A stretch of DNA of 64,000 nucleotides from Candidatus Caldarchaeum sp. (lineage in GTDB: Archaea; Thermoproteota; Nitrososphaeria_A; Caldarchaeales; Caldarchaeaceae), in NCBI GenBank assembly GCA_038844785.1, contig JAWBRA010000003.1:5363-69362 (forward strand). Direction: 5' to 3'. Numbering within the stretch: the first letter of the stretch is position 1; the number at the start of each line of letters is the position of its first letter. Position numbers and translations under genes: made by a program. Below the pieces are notes generated by a model. That model was not told where the DNA came from and searched no databases. It worked only from the letters and a program-made list of their open reading frames with translations. Positions 27,304-36,259 of the stretch are shown piece by piece.

Positions 27304-27713
27304 GCTGGCTTGACCTCTCCTGGTCTGACAAGCTTCCCGCCTGCTTTTTCAATTTTCTCAGCTGCTTTTCTGCTCCACTGCTCCACTATTACCGTCAAGG
27401 GTTTGAAAAGCTTTCCGCCGCCGAGCAGCTTTTTGAAACCTAGCTCATGAAGGTTGACGGTGTCGGACCCAGATTTTTCGGCGTACTCGGAAACCTGAAC
27501 CAGGTTAACCGTCTTCTTCTCAATCCTTTTGACAGGCGTAAAACCATGCTCTCCAAAGTAGTCGGTTTTCACGAGTTTTGTCCACTTATGCTTATGGCCT
27601 CCAGCCATTCCCCTTCCACCTTTTGCACCGGTTTTCCTATGCTGTCCTATCTGACCCCATCCATGAGTTCTGGAGCCTCGGAGCTTCCGAACTTTCCTCA
27701 GCCTAGTGGGCAT
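27300..27713 (-). CDS. rpl15: ribosomal protein L15 (uL15)
   Basis: MPTRLRKVRKLRGSRTHGWGQIGQHRKTGAKGGRGMAGGHKHKW. Confidence 0.9.
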   Translation of the reverse strand: MPTRLRKVRKLRGSRTHGWGQIGQHRKTGAKGGRGMAGGHKHKWTKLVKTDYFGEHGFTPVKRIEKKTVNLVQVSEYAEKSGSDTVNLHELGFKKLLGGGKLFKPLTVIVEQWSRKAAEKIEKAGGKLVRPGEVKPA

Positions 27714-27776
27714 CTAACCACCTTTGTATCTAAGCTGTGGAATCTAACCCCGGGTTTGTTAATAAGTGTTTTTCAG

Positions 27777-28190
27777 CTAAAGCATCTTTCTCAGCAGCTC
27801 GTTAATGTCTTCTCCCCTGTCACCGTACTCCCCGCCCGACTTAAAGGACCTTTTTACTGAGTTTCTGAAACCTTTTCTGGGAGGTCTTAACCTGATGAGC
27901 AGCGGTTTGGGAAGACTCGCCTCGCCTCTTTCAAGAGCTTCGGAAAGCTTCTCCGCGTCTTCAGAAACGTATCCAGCTCTTATGAGGAAGGTGAAGATAG
28001 TCTGTTTGTTGGGCTTGCCCCAAGTCAGGTATCTTTGGGCCTTCTTCAGCATGCCTTCAACGCTTGGTGAAAGAGGGTAGAGACCTGCTGTGAAGGCTTT
28101 AGACAGCTTCAACGATTCAATAGTTTTTCTTGTGTCGGGGTCCATGCCCACGCTTCCCTTCAGCCTCACGGCAACCACGACACCATCCAT
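27777..28190 (-). CDS. rpl30: ribosomal protein L30 (uL30)
   Basis: MDGVVVAVRLKGSVGMDPDTRKTIESLKL... Start trimmed to the ATG that abuts the S5 stop. Confidence 0.85.
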   Translation of the reverse strand: MDGVVVAVRLKGSVGMDPDTRKTIESLKLSKAFTAGLYPLSPSVEGMLKKAQRYLTWGKPNKQTIFTFLIRAGYVSEDAEKLSEALERGEASLPKPLLIRLRPPRKGFRNSVKRSFKSGGEYGDRGEDINELLRKML

Positions 28191-28192
28191 CT

Positions 28193-28816
28193 CTAAACAG
28201 CCCCCCACAAATCCTGTAGAACGATTTTGTTGGTCTGTTTGAGGGCTTGGTAGGTTGCTCCTATGACTGACAGCGAGGTACGTGTCTCCCCGAAGCTTCT
28301 CGTCCAACAGTCTTTTATTCCAGCGAGCGCTAGAACAACTTTCTGAGCCTCGCCTGCGACAAGCCCGAGACCCCTGGGGCCGGGTAGGACCTGAACCCGA
28401 ACGCTTCCGTATTTTCCCTCAGTTTTAACCAGCAGGCTGTGGGGTTCTCCGCATGCACACTCCCAGCTTCCGCATCCTCTTCGGACGGGTATGAGGTTTA
28501 GCTTCGCATTCCTTATTGCTTTCTCGATGGCTAAGACAACCTGTGGAGATTTTCCGGTTCCGATGCCGACGTAGCCGTCCCTGTTGCCTACGACTATCAA
28601 GGCCTTAAACCTTGTTTTCTCACCCGCGTCTGTCTGCCGTTGGACGAGCTTAACGTCTATGACTTCCTGCTCCAGATTTGGCAGCAGTCTATCCACTATC
28701 TCAGGCTCCAGTATCCTAGCATGGGTTTGGAAAACCTGGTCAATCGAAGTTATCTTCCCCTCCTCCACCAGCCTACCCAGCAGGGTTTTAGGCCTCCATT
28801 CGCTCATTTCCTCCAC
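28193..28816 (-). CDS. rps5: ribosomal protein S5 (uS5)
   Basis: VVGNRDGYVGIGTGKSPQVVLAIEKAIRNAK. Confidence 0.9.
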   Translation of the reverse strand: MEEMSEWRPKTLLGRLVEEGKITSIDQVFQTHARILEPEIVDRLLPNLEQEVIDVKLVQRQTDAGEKTRFKALIVVGNRDGYVGIGTGKSPQVVLAIEKAIRNAKLNLIPVRRGCGSWECACGEPHSLLVKTEGKYGSVRVQVLPGPRGLGLVAGEAQKVVLALAGIKDCWTRSFGETRTSLSVIGATYQALKQTNKIVLQDLWGAV

Positions 28817-29381
28817 CTCTCAAGATTTTTTCCTTAACAAGCATGACGTTGGAAGCTAGGTTTCGTAGATATTCTCCGTCAGACTCGCAGAACTGTGTTA
28901 CGCCTGGTGTTTGAACCGTTGAGAGATAGTAACTGGTTATGTGTTTTCCAACCAGCCTTTCCTCGTCGGGCAACATCTCCTCCGAGGCTGGAACCTCCAT
29001 GCCTGCGTCTAGAACACCTTTGACGACGGCGTAGAGACGCGAGCCTTTAACCGACCTTTGGACACCTATGTCCAAAATGGCTTTTTTAAACCCGTTTTCC
29101 AAGGCTTTCTTACCGAGCAGCAACCCTGTCAGATAGGCTGCCGGGGTTGATTTGAAAGAGGCTCTCCAGCCATAGTGGACGAGAACGTCGGATGTGACAG
29201 TTAGCAGAGTCTCATCTCCTCCTAGCTTTGATTTCACAAGCTGGACTATGAGCCGTCTGTTTGTACGTCTGACGACCAGCCTTTCGAGGCCTGATTTCAC
29301 CAGCTTGAGTCTTTTCCTGTAGTCGGTTCTCCCCTCCCTTCTTCTCCTCGGCTTCATCCTCTTCAACATGTAAGCTGTCAT
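28788..29381 (-). CDS. rpl18: ribosomal protein L18 (uL18)
   Basis: RRRREGRTDYRKRLKLVKSGLERLVVRRTNRRLIVQLV. Confidence 0.9.
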   Translation of the reverse strand: MTAYMLKRMKPRRRREGRTDYRKRLKLVKSGLERLVVRRTNRRLIVQLVKSKLGGDETLLTVTSDVLVHYGWRASFKSTPAAYLTGLLLGKKALENGFKKAILDIGVQRSVKGSRLYAVVKGVLDAGMEVPASEEMLPDEERLVGKHITSYYLSTVQTPGVTQFCESDGEYLRNLASNVMLVKEKILRGGGNERMEA

Positions 29382-29815
29382 CCTACCACCCTCTTCAACA
29401 ACCCCCTGGCTTTGATGAATTCCCTTAGAGATGCAACGGACTTGAAGTTGCCCGCTTTGACGTAGGCGTAGAGCTGGCGGTAGTCGCTACTTTCTAGCTG
29501 TCCTTGGTCACGTAACTTTTTCAAAAACCTACGCTGAGCCCTAACCCTGCGCATCCACTGTAGTTTACGCGGGATAATCGAGTATTTTGCCCCCTCCCTG
29601 CTTCCTGGGCCGCGTCTGCGTCTCTCTCTAACCCGGGCTCTGCTGACGCCTTTTGAGGGAAGTTTCTGTATGGCACCGTCTCTTATCAACTGTTTAATCT
29701 CGGCGCGTGTTATGGCGGACTCTATCTCGTCAAGCCTTTCGGGGTCGAACCTGACCCTTGACACGCCGCATTTCATCAACTCCGCTGCAATCCTCTTCTG
29801 AAACTCTAAGGTCAT
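29378..29815 (-). CDS. rpl19e: ribosomal protein L19e
   Basis: KRIAAELMKCGVSRVRFDPERLDEIESAITRAEIKQLIRDG. Confidence 0.9.
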   Translation of the reverse strand: MTLEFQKRIAAELMKCGVSRVRFDPERLDEIESAITRAEIKQLIRDGAIQKLPSKGVSRARVRERRRRGPGSREGAKYSIIPRKLQWMRRVRAQRRFLKKLRDQGQLESSDYRQLYAYVKAGNFKSVASLREFIKARGLLKRVVG

Positions 29816-30207
29816 GGACTAGCCGCCTCCTGTCTGACGGGCGGGTTCAAAACTTTAAACCCTTTGCCAACGGCCAGCTGGTACAGCAACAGCTTTTTTC
29901 TCCTCCCAAGCTTAGAGGACAGCCTGACTGCATCTTTTTCCGGCGAGAGTTTCTCTAGCTGAGATGCCTCCGTCACAAGAACGTCTCTGTAGCCCGATGG
30001 ATGGATGCCTCTGTATGTGGCTGGGCTTCCGTAGCCTATCTTGACAAGCGGAGGCGAGCCGCTTTTCTGCAGCCTCATCCTACTGTCTTTCCCCCTGGGT
30101 CTTCTGTAGCCGGTCTGGAGCCTGACATAGCGCCAGCTCTCCTGCCTCACGAATTTTGGCGTAGCTGTTCTTTTTTTAAGAATTATACGCGGCAGCATTT
30201 TCATCAC
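29812..30207 (-). CDS. rpl32e: ribosomal protein L32e
   Basis: KFVRQESWRYVRLQTGYRRPRGKDSRMR. Confidence 0.9.
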   Translation of the reverse strand: MMKMLPRIILKKRTATPKFVRQESWRYVRLQTGYRRPRGKDSRMRLQKSGSPPLVKIGYGSPATYRGIHPSGYRDVLVTEASQLEKLSPEKDAVRLSSKLGRRKKLLLYQLAVGKGFKVLNPPVRQEAASP

Positions 30208-30746
30208 ATTCCTACCTTCTTCTCCATCACGTATATCCCGTCGAGAAACTTTCGCGGGTCTTTCCGGCTTATCTTCGTAGCGTTTTCGATGTTGGCTGCT
30301 GTTTGGCCCACGCTCTCCTTGTCAACACCAGTGATGATTATCTCGTCGCCTTTGACGGAAACACTGACGTCGCCAACTATCGAAGCTCTTCTACTATATC
30401 TCTCTCCAATGAAGTTTGAAATAACAACCTCTCTTCCAACAACCTTCACGGTTATGGGGAAGTGAGATGACACAACCTTCATTCTGTAGGTATAGCCTTT
30501 TGAGACGCCTTCGACTGCGTTGCGGATGATGGAAAGTACAGTCCCGAGAAGGGCTTTAGATTTACGGGACCCGCCAGGTATCTTAACATCAACCTTGTTA
30601 TCGCTGATTTTTATCTCTGCGGGTATGTGGCGAAGGTCTTTGACAACACGGCCCTTCTGCCCCTCCACCACCAGAACCCCTGAGTCGAAGCTGACGGAGA
30701 CTTTTTCAGGAATTGTATAGGATGCCTCAACCATTTTAGTAGACAT
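30204..30746 (-). CDS. rpl6: ribosomal protein L6 (uL6)
   Basis: Two L6 repeats (VSVSFDSGVLVVEGQKG..., YRMKVVSSHFPITVKVVGREVVI). Start trimmed to just downstream of rps8. Confidence 0.85.
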   Translation of the reverse strand: MSTKMVEASYTIPEKVSVSFDSGVLVVEGQKGRVVKDLRHIPAEIKISDNKVDVKIPGGSRKSKALLGTVLSIIRNAVEGVSKGYTYRMKVVSSHFPITVKVVGREVVISNFIGERYSRRASIVGDVSVSVKGDEIIITGVDKESVGQTAANIENATKISRKDPRKFLDGIYVMEKKVGM

Positions 30747-31119
30747 ATCCCAGCAACCTCCCTCCCGTGTGAATTTTTTTGGCCTCGTCATGGGACATAA
30801 TTCCTTTTGGCGTCGTCACGACAAGTACGCCGACACCTCTTCCAGGCAGATAACGTTGCTCGAAGAACTCGTACTGGTCGGCTTTAACGTTAAACCTCGG
30901 CCTTATGGGTGCAGACTTGTTGACACGCCCCAGCAGCTGCACTTTGAAAAGGCCGCCACGGCCGTTCTCTATGTACTCGAACGCGCCTATGTAACCTTTC
31001 CTTTGCAAAACCTTCAGTATCTCTCCAACAAGCTTCGAGGCCTTGACGATGCATTCGTGGTTACGAACCATTTCGTTGTTTTGAATTGTTGTGAACAACG
31101 CTGAAACAAGGTCTGTCAT
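30736..31119 (-). CDS. rps8: ribosomal protein S8 (uS8)
   Basis: MTDLVSALFTTIQNNEMVRNHECIVKASKLVGEILKVLQRKGYIGAFEYI. Confidence 0.9.
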   Translation of the reverse strand: MTDLVSALFTTIQNNEMVRNHECIVKASKLVGEILKVLQRKGYIGAFEYIENGRGGLFKVQLLGRVNKSAPIRPRFNVKADQYEFFEQRYLPGRGVGVLVVTTPKGIMSHDEAKKIHTGGRLLGYVY

Positions 31120-31129
31120 AAGAGATCAC

Positions 31130-31291
31130 CTAATCATAAACTTTGAACCCAAGCTTAGGGCCAATTTCGTTTATGCATCTTCTACAAATGTACAATCCAT
31201 ATTTTCTTATTACCCCAACGCTTGTTCCGCATCTTCTGCAGACGTGCACCCCTTTGCCGAACTTTCTTTGCTTCGGTGGTTTATGCTTCAT
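31130..31291 (-). CDS. rps14: ribosomal protein S14 (uS14, zinc-binding type); below the 60-aa ORF cutoff, found by hand
   Basis: Minus-strand translation MKHKPPKQRKFGKGVHVCRRCGTSVGVIRKYGLYICRRCINEIGPKLGFKVYD* (53 aa). Its ATG overlaps the rpl5 TGA (ATGA). Confidence 0.8.
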   Translation of the reverse strand: MKHKPPKQRKFGKGVHVCRRCGTSVGVIRKYGLYICRRCINEIGPKLGFKVYD

Positions 31292-31821
31292 TCCTCAACC
31301 ACCGTAACTCCCAGCGACTTGACAAACTCCATGGCCTCATCACGCGTGACTAGCTGGCGTTTCCCTATTTTAGCCCGTCGGTAAGCTCTCTTAGCCACCC
31401 GGTAGCCTGGTTTTGTCAAGTGAACCGTCACGTCCATACCTATAATTCCCAGCTCGGGGTCGTAGCGTGTTCCGGGGATGTCCAAGTGCTCTTTTATTCC
31501 GAAGGATACGTTGCCGTACTGGTCGAAGCTTGAAGCTTTCAGAGTGTTGTTTACGGCTGAAAGAGCTCTTCTGAGAAAATCAACAGCCGCCTGCTTCCGC
31601 AGTGTTACGCGTAAGGCTATTGGCTCTCCTTTGTGGATGCCGAACCCTCTAATCGTCTTCCTCGCCTTCCTAACCTCAGGTTTCTGACCAACCAATGCTT
31701 CGAGGATTTTCTGTGCTCTCTCAAGCCGTACACCCCCCTCACCCACGCTGCAGTTGACGACGACCTTTTCAATATGGGGCCTTTGCATGATGTTTTTGAC
31801 GGCTATGGCAGCGTTATCCAT
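31288..31821 (-). CDS. rpl5: ribosomal protein L5 (uL5)
   Basis: HIEKVVVNCSVGEGGVRLERAQKILEALVGQKP. Confidence 0.9.
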   Translation of the reverse strand: MDNAAIAVKNIMQRPHIEKVVVNCSVGEGGVRLERAQKILEALVGQKPEVRKARKTIRGFGIHKGEPIALRVTLRKQAAVDFLRRALSAVNNTLKASSFDQYGNVSFGIKEHLDIPGTRYDPELGIIGMDVTVHLTKPGYRVAKRAYRRAKIGKRQLVTRDEAMEFVKSLGVTVVEE

Positions 31822-32519
31822 GGTTTCTCCACACCTATGGGCATGATGTTCTTCAACAGCGTGGTCACGGTTCCCTCGCTTGTCTCAACAGAGGCTGTGG
31901 GCTTGTCTGGAAACGTCACCTCCTTCCTAATCTTCAACACTCTGCCGTGTAGTCCCGCCCTCGAGCCTGAATGAATGTATCCATAAACTCCCAGTTCGAA
32001 TGAGGCGGCTTCCAAAATCCTTTGGTCTGGAAGGGAGATCTTGACGCCGTCGAGTATCTTATACGCACGTCCTTTATCCACGTCTTCGCCGCGGAAAAGT
32101 ATTGTTCTTCCGTCGTGTAATCCCAGGGTCAACCCACCTCCTTTTACGTGGTTCTTCCTCAGTACTTGACATACCTTGAACCCGGATTCTTCGCCTGTTA
32201 TCTTGAACAGGCTTACGCCTTTACCAACCTTTATCAACACTCTGTAATGCTCTCCGACTTCGGGGATTGAAAGAACATCCATAAGCCCCAGGGGAAAACG
32301 CGGATCCTTAACAGCTCTTCCGTCGACGTAGAACTTACAGGCTTTTATGAGCTTTCTCGCCGTTGCCCCGTCATCAGCGTATCCAAGCATGTCTCTGACG
32401 GCTATCAACAATGGTATTGACTTGTTTTTGGGATGCGGCCCGGGTCTTGGGCTTACTGTGAAAACCGTCGGTTTTTTGGGAAAGTGTCGGGGTGCGGCGA
32501 GAGATTTCAAATGTGTCAT
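31803..32519 (-). CDS. rps4e: ribosomal protein S4e
   Basis: MTHLKSLAAPRHFPKKPTVFTVSPRPGPHPKNKSIPL. Confidence 0.9.
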   Translation of the reverse strand: MTHLKSLAAPRHFPKKPTVFTVSPRPGPHPKNKSIPLLIAVRDMLGYADDGATARKLIKACKFYVDGRAVKDPRFPLGLMDVLSIPEVGEHYRVLIKVGKGVSLFKITGEESGFKVCQVLRKNHVKGGGLTLGLHDGRTILFRGEDVDKGRAYKILDGVKISLPDQRILEAASFELGVYGYIHSGSRAGLHGRVLKIRKEVTFPDKPTASVETSEGTVTTLLKNIMPIGVEKPWITLP

Positions 32520-32884
32520 GCAGCCTTCGCCTCCAGCTTTTCTTTCCTATATTTGTCGTCTAAGTTGAGCTGGGTCAGCATCACGTTGGGCACCCGTATC
32601 GGTACGTCAACTGTGGAGCCGTCGGCCTTTTTACGAGAGACGTTCTCTACGTAAACCATCTGACGTCTTAGGTCTACTCTCTTAACCTTTCCCTCAACAC
32701 CTTTAAAGCTTCCTTTCAAAATCTTCACAGTATCTCCAACCCTAAGCGGGAGAGATCGTCTGCCATACTTTTCTCTAAGGCTCGGTGAGAGATGCGCGGA
32801 CATGAATTTCTTCAGAATGTGTATTGGTGCGTTAAACCGTTTGAAACGCTGTTTACGTGGTTTACGTGACGGCATTATCCACAC
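32516..32884 (-). CDS. rpl24: ribosomal protein L24 (uL24, KOW)
   Basis: VGDTVKILKGSFKGVEGKVKRVDLRRQMVYVE. Confidence 0.9.
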   Translation of the reverse strand: MWIMPSRKPRKQRFKRFNAPIHILKKFMSAHLSPSLREKYGRRSLPLRVGDTVKILKGSFKGVEGKVKRVDLRRQMVYVENVSRKKADGSTVDVPIRVPNVMLTQLNLDDKYRKEKLEAKAA

Positions 32885-32885
32885 C

Positions 32886-33320
32886 TCACACGATTATGCT
32901 CGCCGCATTCGCTATTCTGGGCCAGCGTTCTGCCGCCTCCTTCGCAACAGGTCCCTTTATCTCTGTGCCTTTCAAGTCGCCTTCGGGGGTTATCATCACA
33001 GCGGCCGTGTCCTCGAAGCTTATCCATGTTCCGTCGCTTCGGCGGTAAGGCTTCCTCTGCCTAATCAGAACGGCGTGCATGGGTTTCTTCCTCAGGTCTA
33101 TAGGGCCTTTCTTAACCGTGACGCTTAGCATGTCTCCTACGCATGCTGCTGGCACGCGTCTTAACCTGGTTGATATGCCGTGTATTTGGATGATTTTGAG
33201 AACTTGGGCTCCTGAGTTGTCGGCACAGTTGACGAGAGAACCTAGAACAACCGTTCTGGGGATGTTGGGTTTTCGCTCCAGAATACCAACTGCTGCAACA
33301 GCTCTAGACCGCTTCGCCAT
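32886..33320 (-). CDS. rpl14: ribosomal protein L14 (uL14)
   Basis: GSLVNCADNSGAQVLKIIQI...AVLIRQRKPYRRSDG. Confidence 0.9.
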   Translation of the reverse strand: MAKRSRAVAAVGILERKPNIPRTVVLGSLVNCADNSGAQVLKIIQIHGISTRLRRVPAACVGDMLSVTVKKGPIDLRKKPMHAVLIRQRKPYRRSDGTWISFEDTAAVMITPEGDLKGTEIKGPVAKEAAERWPRIANAASIIV

Positions 33321-33322
33321 AC

Positions 33323-33652
33323 CTACACCACCTTCTCCAACACAACAAAGCTAACAGTCTTGCTTAAAGGCCTGCATTCACCTATGCGGACTTTGTCGCC
33401 AACTTCAACATCAAGACATGGAGGAAGATGGGCGGAGATCCGTGACCTTCTCCTTTCGTAGCGTTTAAACTTCCTGATGTAAATTTGGTACTTCTTCTCG
33501 ACGACAACGGTCTTGCTCATCTTCTTTTTTATTATGGTGCCGGTTATCAATATCCCTCTTACAGGTAGCCCTCCGTGGAAGGGGCAGTCCCTGTCCTCAC
33601 ATGTCCGCGAGGGTGGTCTGACGGGAATACCGATGTTTCTTACCGAGCTCAT
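33323..33652 (-). CDS. rps17: ribosomal protein S17 (uS17)
   Basis: GTIIKKKMSKTVVVEKKYQIYIRKFKRYERRRSRISAH. Confidence 0.9.
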   Translation of the reverse strand: MSSVRNIGIPVRPPSRTCEDRDCPFHGGLPVRGILITGTIIKKKMSKTVVVEKKYQIYIRKFKRYERRRSRISAHLPPCLDVEVGDKVRIGECRPLSKTVSFVVLEKVV

Positions 33653-33653
33653 T

Positions 33654-33908
33654 TTATTTCACCCTTGTCAGTCTTTCGAAAGGTCTACCTACGAGTTTGG
33701 AGCCTTCGATTTTAACCTCATTACCGTCTTCCAAGACTATGTTTAAAAGGCTCCCAGCCTTGGGGATGGTTTTTTCGTTTTTGCTGGTTTTTATGGTTAA
33801 CGTGTTGCGGGTTTCCCTCACGATTGTCCCTGCAAAAGACTGTCCGTTGTAGTATGCTCTTGCCGTCAAACCCAGCAGTAAGATGTTTGCAGGGTGTTTA
33901 TTTGACAT
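33654..33908 (-). CDS. rnp1: RNase P protein subunit Rpp29 (Pop4-like, Sm fold)
   Basis: 84 aa, ...GQSFAGTIVRETRNTLTIKTSKNEKTIPKAGSLLNIVLEDGNEVKIEGSKLVGRPFER, in the conserved slot between rpl29 and rps17. Confidence 0.6.
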   Translation of the reverse strand: MSNKHPANILLLGLTARAYYNGQSFAGTIVRETRNTLTIKTSKNEKTIPKAGSLLNIVLEDGNEVKIEGSKLVGRPFERLTRVK

Positions 33909-34107
33909 TTTTAGCCATCTCTCTTTCCCGAAGGATCGTGTATGCTCTGGCTATGCTTCTTCTTAAAAGCTTCACCCTGGCGGGGTTTTGTACACCGCCA
34001 CCTGTACCTATTTCGGTCCTTACCTTACGCAGCTCCGATTTGAGTTCCTCGATTTTTTCCCTGAGTTCTTCGTCAGCTAGCTCCCTAAGCTCCTTGAGCT
34101 CCCTCAA
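33898..34107 (-). CDS. rpl29: ribosomal protein L29 (uL29)
   Basis: MRELKELRELADEELREKIEELKSELRKVRTEI. Confidence 0.85.
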   Translation of the reverse strand: MRELKELRELADEELREKIEELKSELRKVRTEIGTGGGVQNPARVKLLRRSIARAYTILREREMAKNVK

Positions 34108-34699
34108 CGGTTTTCACCCTGATCTCTTCCGGAAGAGGTGCGTCGGGTGGGTATATCAAGACCCTGACCCCGAAAACACCTGTCTTGAGCTTGACGGAAG
34201 CTTTTCCCTCGATGACGTAATCCATCGCAAGCTCGCCCGACTTCGGCATAAAGCCATCTGTGAATTTCTCTGTCCTAGCCCTGGCGGATGTGAGCTTTCC
34301 GCTTATGTGCACCTCGACTCCTTTCGCACCAGCTTCCATTATCCTCCTAACCGCCCAGAAGCCAACCCTCCTGTACCTGACACCCCTCTCCAAATCCTGC
34401 GCTATCCTCTCAGCCATAACGTAGGGGTTGAGTTCAGGAACCTCCACTTCAACGACTGTGACAACCGGGTTCTCCACTTGGAACTTTTTCTCCAAAGTCT
34501 CGGTTATCTCTTTTATGACCTTCCCTTTAGGACCTATCACACGGCTTGGCCGCATGGCGTAGATTGTCACACGCGTGCCAATGGGAGTTAAACTAATGCT
34601 CACTCCGCCGAAAAGCGCAGACCTCAGCTTCTCCCGAAGATACTCTTCGATGTCGGCTTTCTTTATACGTGTTTGTAGAATCTGTTTGATTATAGTCAT
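34085..34699 (-). CDS. rps3: ribosomal protein S3 (uS3, KH domain)
   Basis: RVTIYAMRPSRVIGPKGKVIKEITETLEKKF...HISGKLTSARARTE. Confidence 0.9.
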   Translation of the reverse strand: MTIIKQILQTRIKKADIEEYLREKLRSALFGGVSISLTPIGTRVTIYAMRPSRVIGPKGKVIKEITETLEKKFQVENPVVTVVEVEVPELNPYVMAERIAQDLERGVRYRRVGFWAVRRIMEAGAKGVEVHISGKLTSARARTEKFTDGFMPKSGELAMDYVIEGKASVKLKTGVFGVRVLIYPPDAPLPEEIRVKTVEGAQGA

Positions 34700-35154
34700 T
34701 TCTCAGCCACCGCCGCTAGCTCGATGTGGACGTATGTTTTGTTGTAAGGGCTGGAGCGTCCGAAAGCTCTTTCGATAAATTTTCTCACAACACGGCCTTT
34801 ATGAGAGGCCGCGTGAACTATCCTGGTTTTCTCCGGGTCGAGGCCTTTAAACTCAGCGTTTGCCTCGAGGCTTTCCAACAGCCTCAGCATGTGCTTAGAT
34901 ACTTTCACAGGATATCCTCCAGGGCCTTTCGTCTCAGCATGGTGAGCCCTCTTCTTAACGTGTCGGCTATACCTTATCATACGCTTGCCTTCCACAACGC
35001 TTTCTAGAAGTTTTCTTGCATCGGGTATCGTGAGGCCTTTTATCGCTTTACAAACTTCTCTAGCCCATTTGGGCGATACGTCGACCTCCCGCAGGCTAGC
35101 TCTTACTTCATTTTCCTTCTCGCCTATAGCCGTCGAGTATCCCCATTTTGGCAT
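34696..35154 (-). CDS. rpl22: ribosomal protein L22 (uL22); first gene of the L22-to-L34e operon
   Basis: KWAREVCKAIKGLTIPDARKLLESVVEGKRMIRYSRH. A TATA-like element tttataac lies about 40 nt upstream (about 35191-35203). Confidence 0.9.
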   Translation of the reverse strand: MPKWGYSTAIGEKENEVRASLREVDVSPKWAREVCKAIKGLTIPDARKLLESVVEGKRMIRYSRHVKKRAHHAETKGPGGYPVKVSKHMLRLLESLEANAEFKGLDPEKTRIVHAASHKGRVVRKFIERAFGRSSPYNKTYVHIELAAVAEK

Positions 35155-35249
35155 GTTATCGTCTAAGCCTAACCACTAACAGCGTCACGTTATAAACATA
35201 TCTAGCAGGCCCAGCAAGGCTTAAACAATCCAGCATAATAGATACTGAC

Positions 35250-36227
35250 GTGGAGTTAAAGAGGTCTGTCCAGTTCACAGGCGGGAGCTCCTACACGGTA
35301 ACGCTGCCCAAAAACTGGGTTAAACGTATGGGGATAAAAAAAGGCTCCCTAGTCTCCATCAAGCCGACTGAAGACGGCGGCATTTTACTCTACCCTGAAA
35401 AGATAGAGCTCAAACAAGAGTCTGAGGTGGAGATAGTTTTAGGCCCTCACGTGGGCCAGATGATTGTTGGGGCATACCTTTACGGCTATAATCTGATAAA
35501 AATCAAGTCGCCGACGCCGATGACGGATGAAGAGCTAGCTGAGGTCAAAAAAGTTGTGAGAGGGTTGGCTGGAGCAGAGATAGTTGACGAAACACCGGCA
35601 AAAATAGAGGTTCAGGTAGTGCTCGACAAGGAGCTTGTGGCTCCGGAGAAGATGCTGAGACGGCAGCATACCCTTGTTTTAGGCATGCTTGAGAACGCGG
35701 TTGATGCTTTGGTGAAGAAAAACCTCTCCCTCGCCAAGCTTGCTGCACAAAGCGACGAAGAGGTAGACCGTCTCTACTTCACGCTCGTCAGAGTCATCAG
35801 GTCGGCGGTAATAGACCCGGTGCTCGCGAAAAAACTCAACACCTCGCCCCTGACCTTGCTGGACCTGAGGGTGGCAGCTAAGTTCATAGAAGACGCGGGC
35901 GACCAAGCGTCGGAAATAGCTAAAGTAGCGGTGAAAGCCAACAAGGAGTTCAACGACGATGTGTTGAAGGAATTGAAGACGCTCGCGGGCTTAATTCTAT
36001 CGATGGAGGCGGGGCCTTTAGACGCTTTGTTCAGCCGAGACATAGAAAAGATAGCCAGAATCACAGGCATAAGGTCAGAGTTTCTCAAACGCGGCGACTT
36101 GTTCCTCAGAAAAACACCATACACTCCCAACACTTTCGCCACCTTCAAAATATACTCACATTTGGCGAAAATATGCGAGGATTTCTCCGACATAGCCGAG
36201 CTTGGGCTGCCGCTGAAAACAGCATGA
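35250..36227 (+). CDS. PhoU-domain regulator with N-terminal AbrB/SpoVT (swapped-hairpin) domain
   Basis: N-terminus SSYTVTLPKNWVKRMGIKKGSLVSI (AbrB-like), followed by two PhoU-like helical repeats. GTG start. Confidence 0.6.
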   Translation: MELKRSVQFTGGSSYTVTLPKNWVKRMGIKKGSLVSIKPTEDGGILLYPEKIELKQESEVEIVLGPHVGQMIVGAYLYGYNLIKIKSPTPMTDEELAEVKKVVRGLAGAEIVDETPAKIEVQVVLDKELVAPEKMLRRQHTLVLGMLENAVDALVKKNLSLAKLAAQSDEEVDRLYFTLVRVIRSAVIDPVLAKKLNTSPLTLLDLRVAAKFIEDAGDQASEIAKVAVKANKEFNDDVLKELKTLAGLILSMEAGPLDALFSRDIEKIARITGIRSEFLKRGDLFLRKTPYTPNTFATFKIYSHLAKICEDFSDIAELGLPLKTA

Positions 36228-36259
36228 TGTTTAAAGCTTGCTGAATACAGTTTTCAGGT

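Noticed and set aside
33824-34591. 255-aa plus-strand ORF with a poly-Ser stretch, antisense to rpl29/rps3, and similar antisense ORFs (e.g. 5613..6113, 30001..30465, 23458..24075, 59675..60052)
   Set aside because: These are shadow ORFs opposite well-supported conserved genes. They are low-complexity, with no start context.
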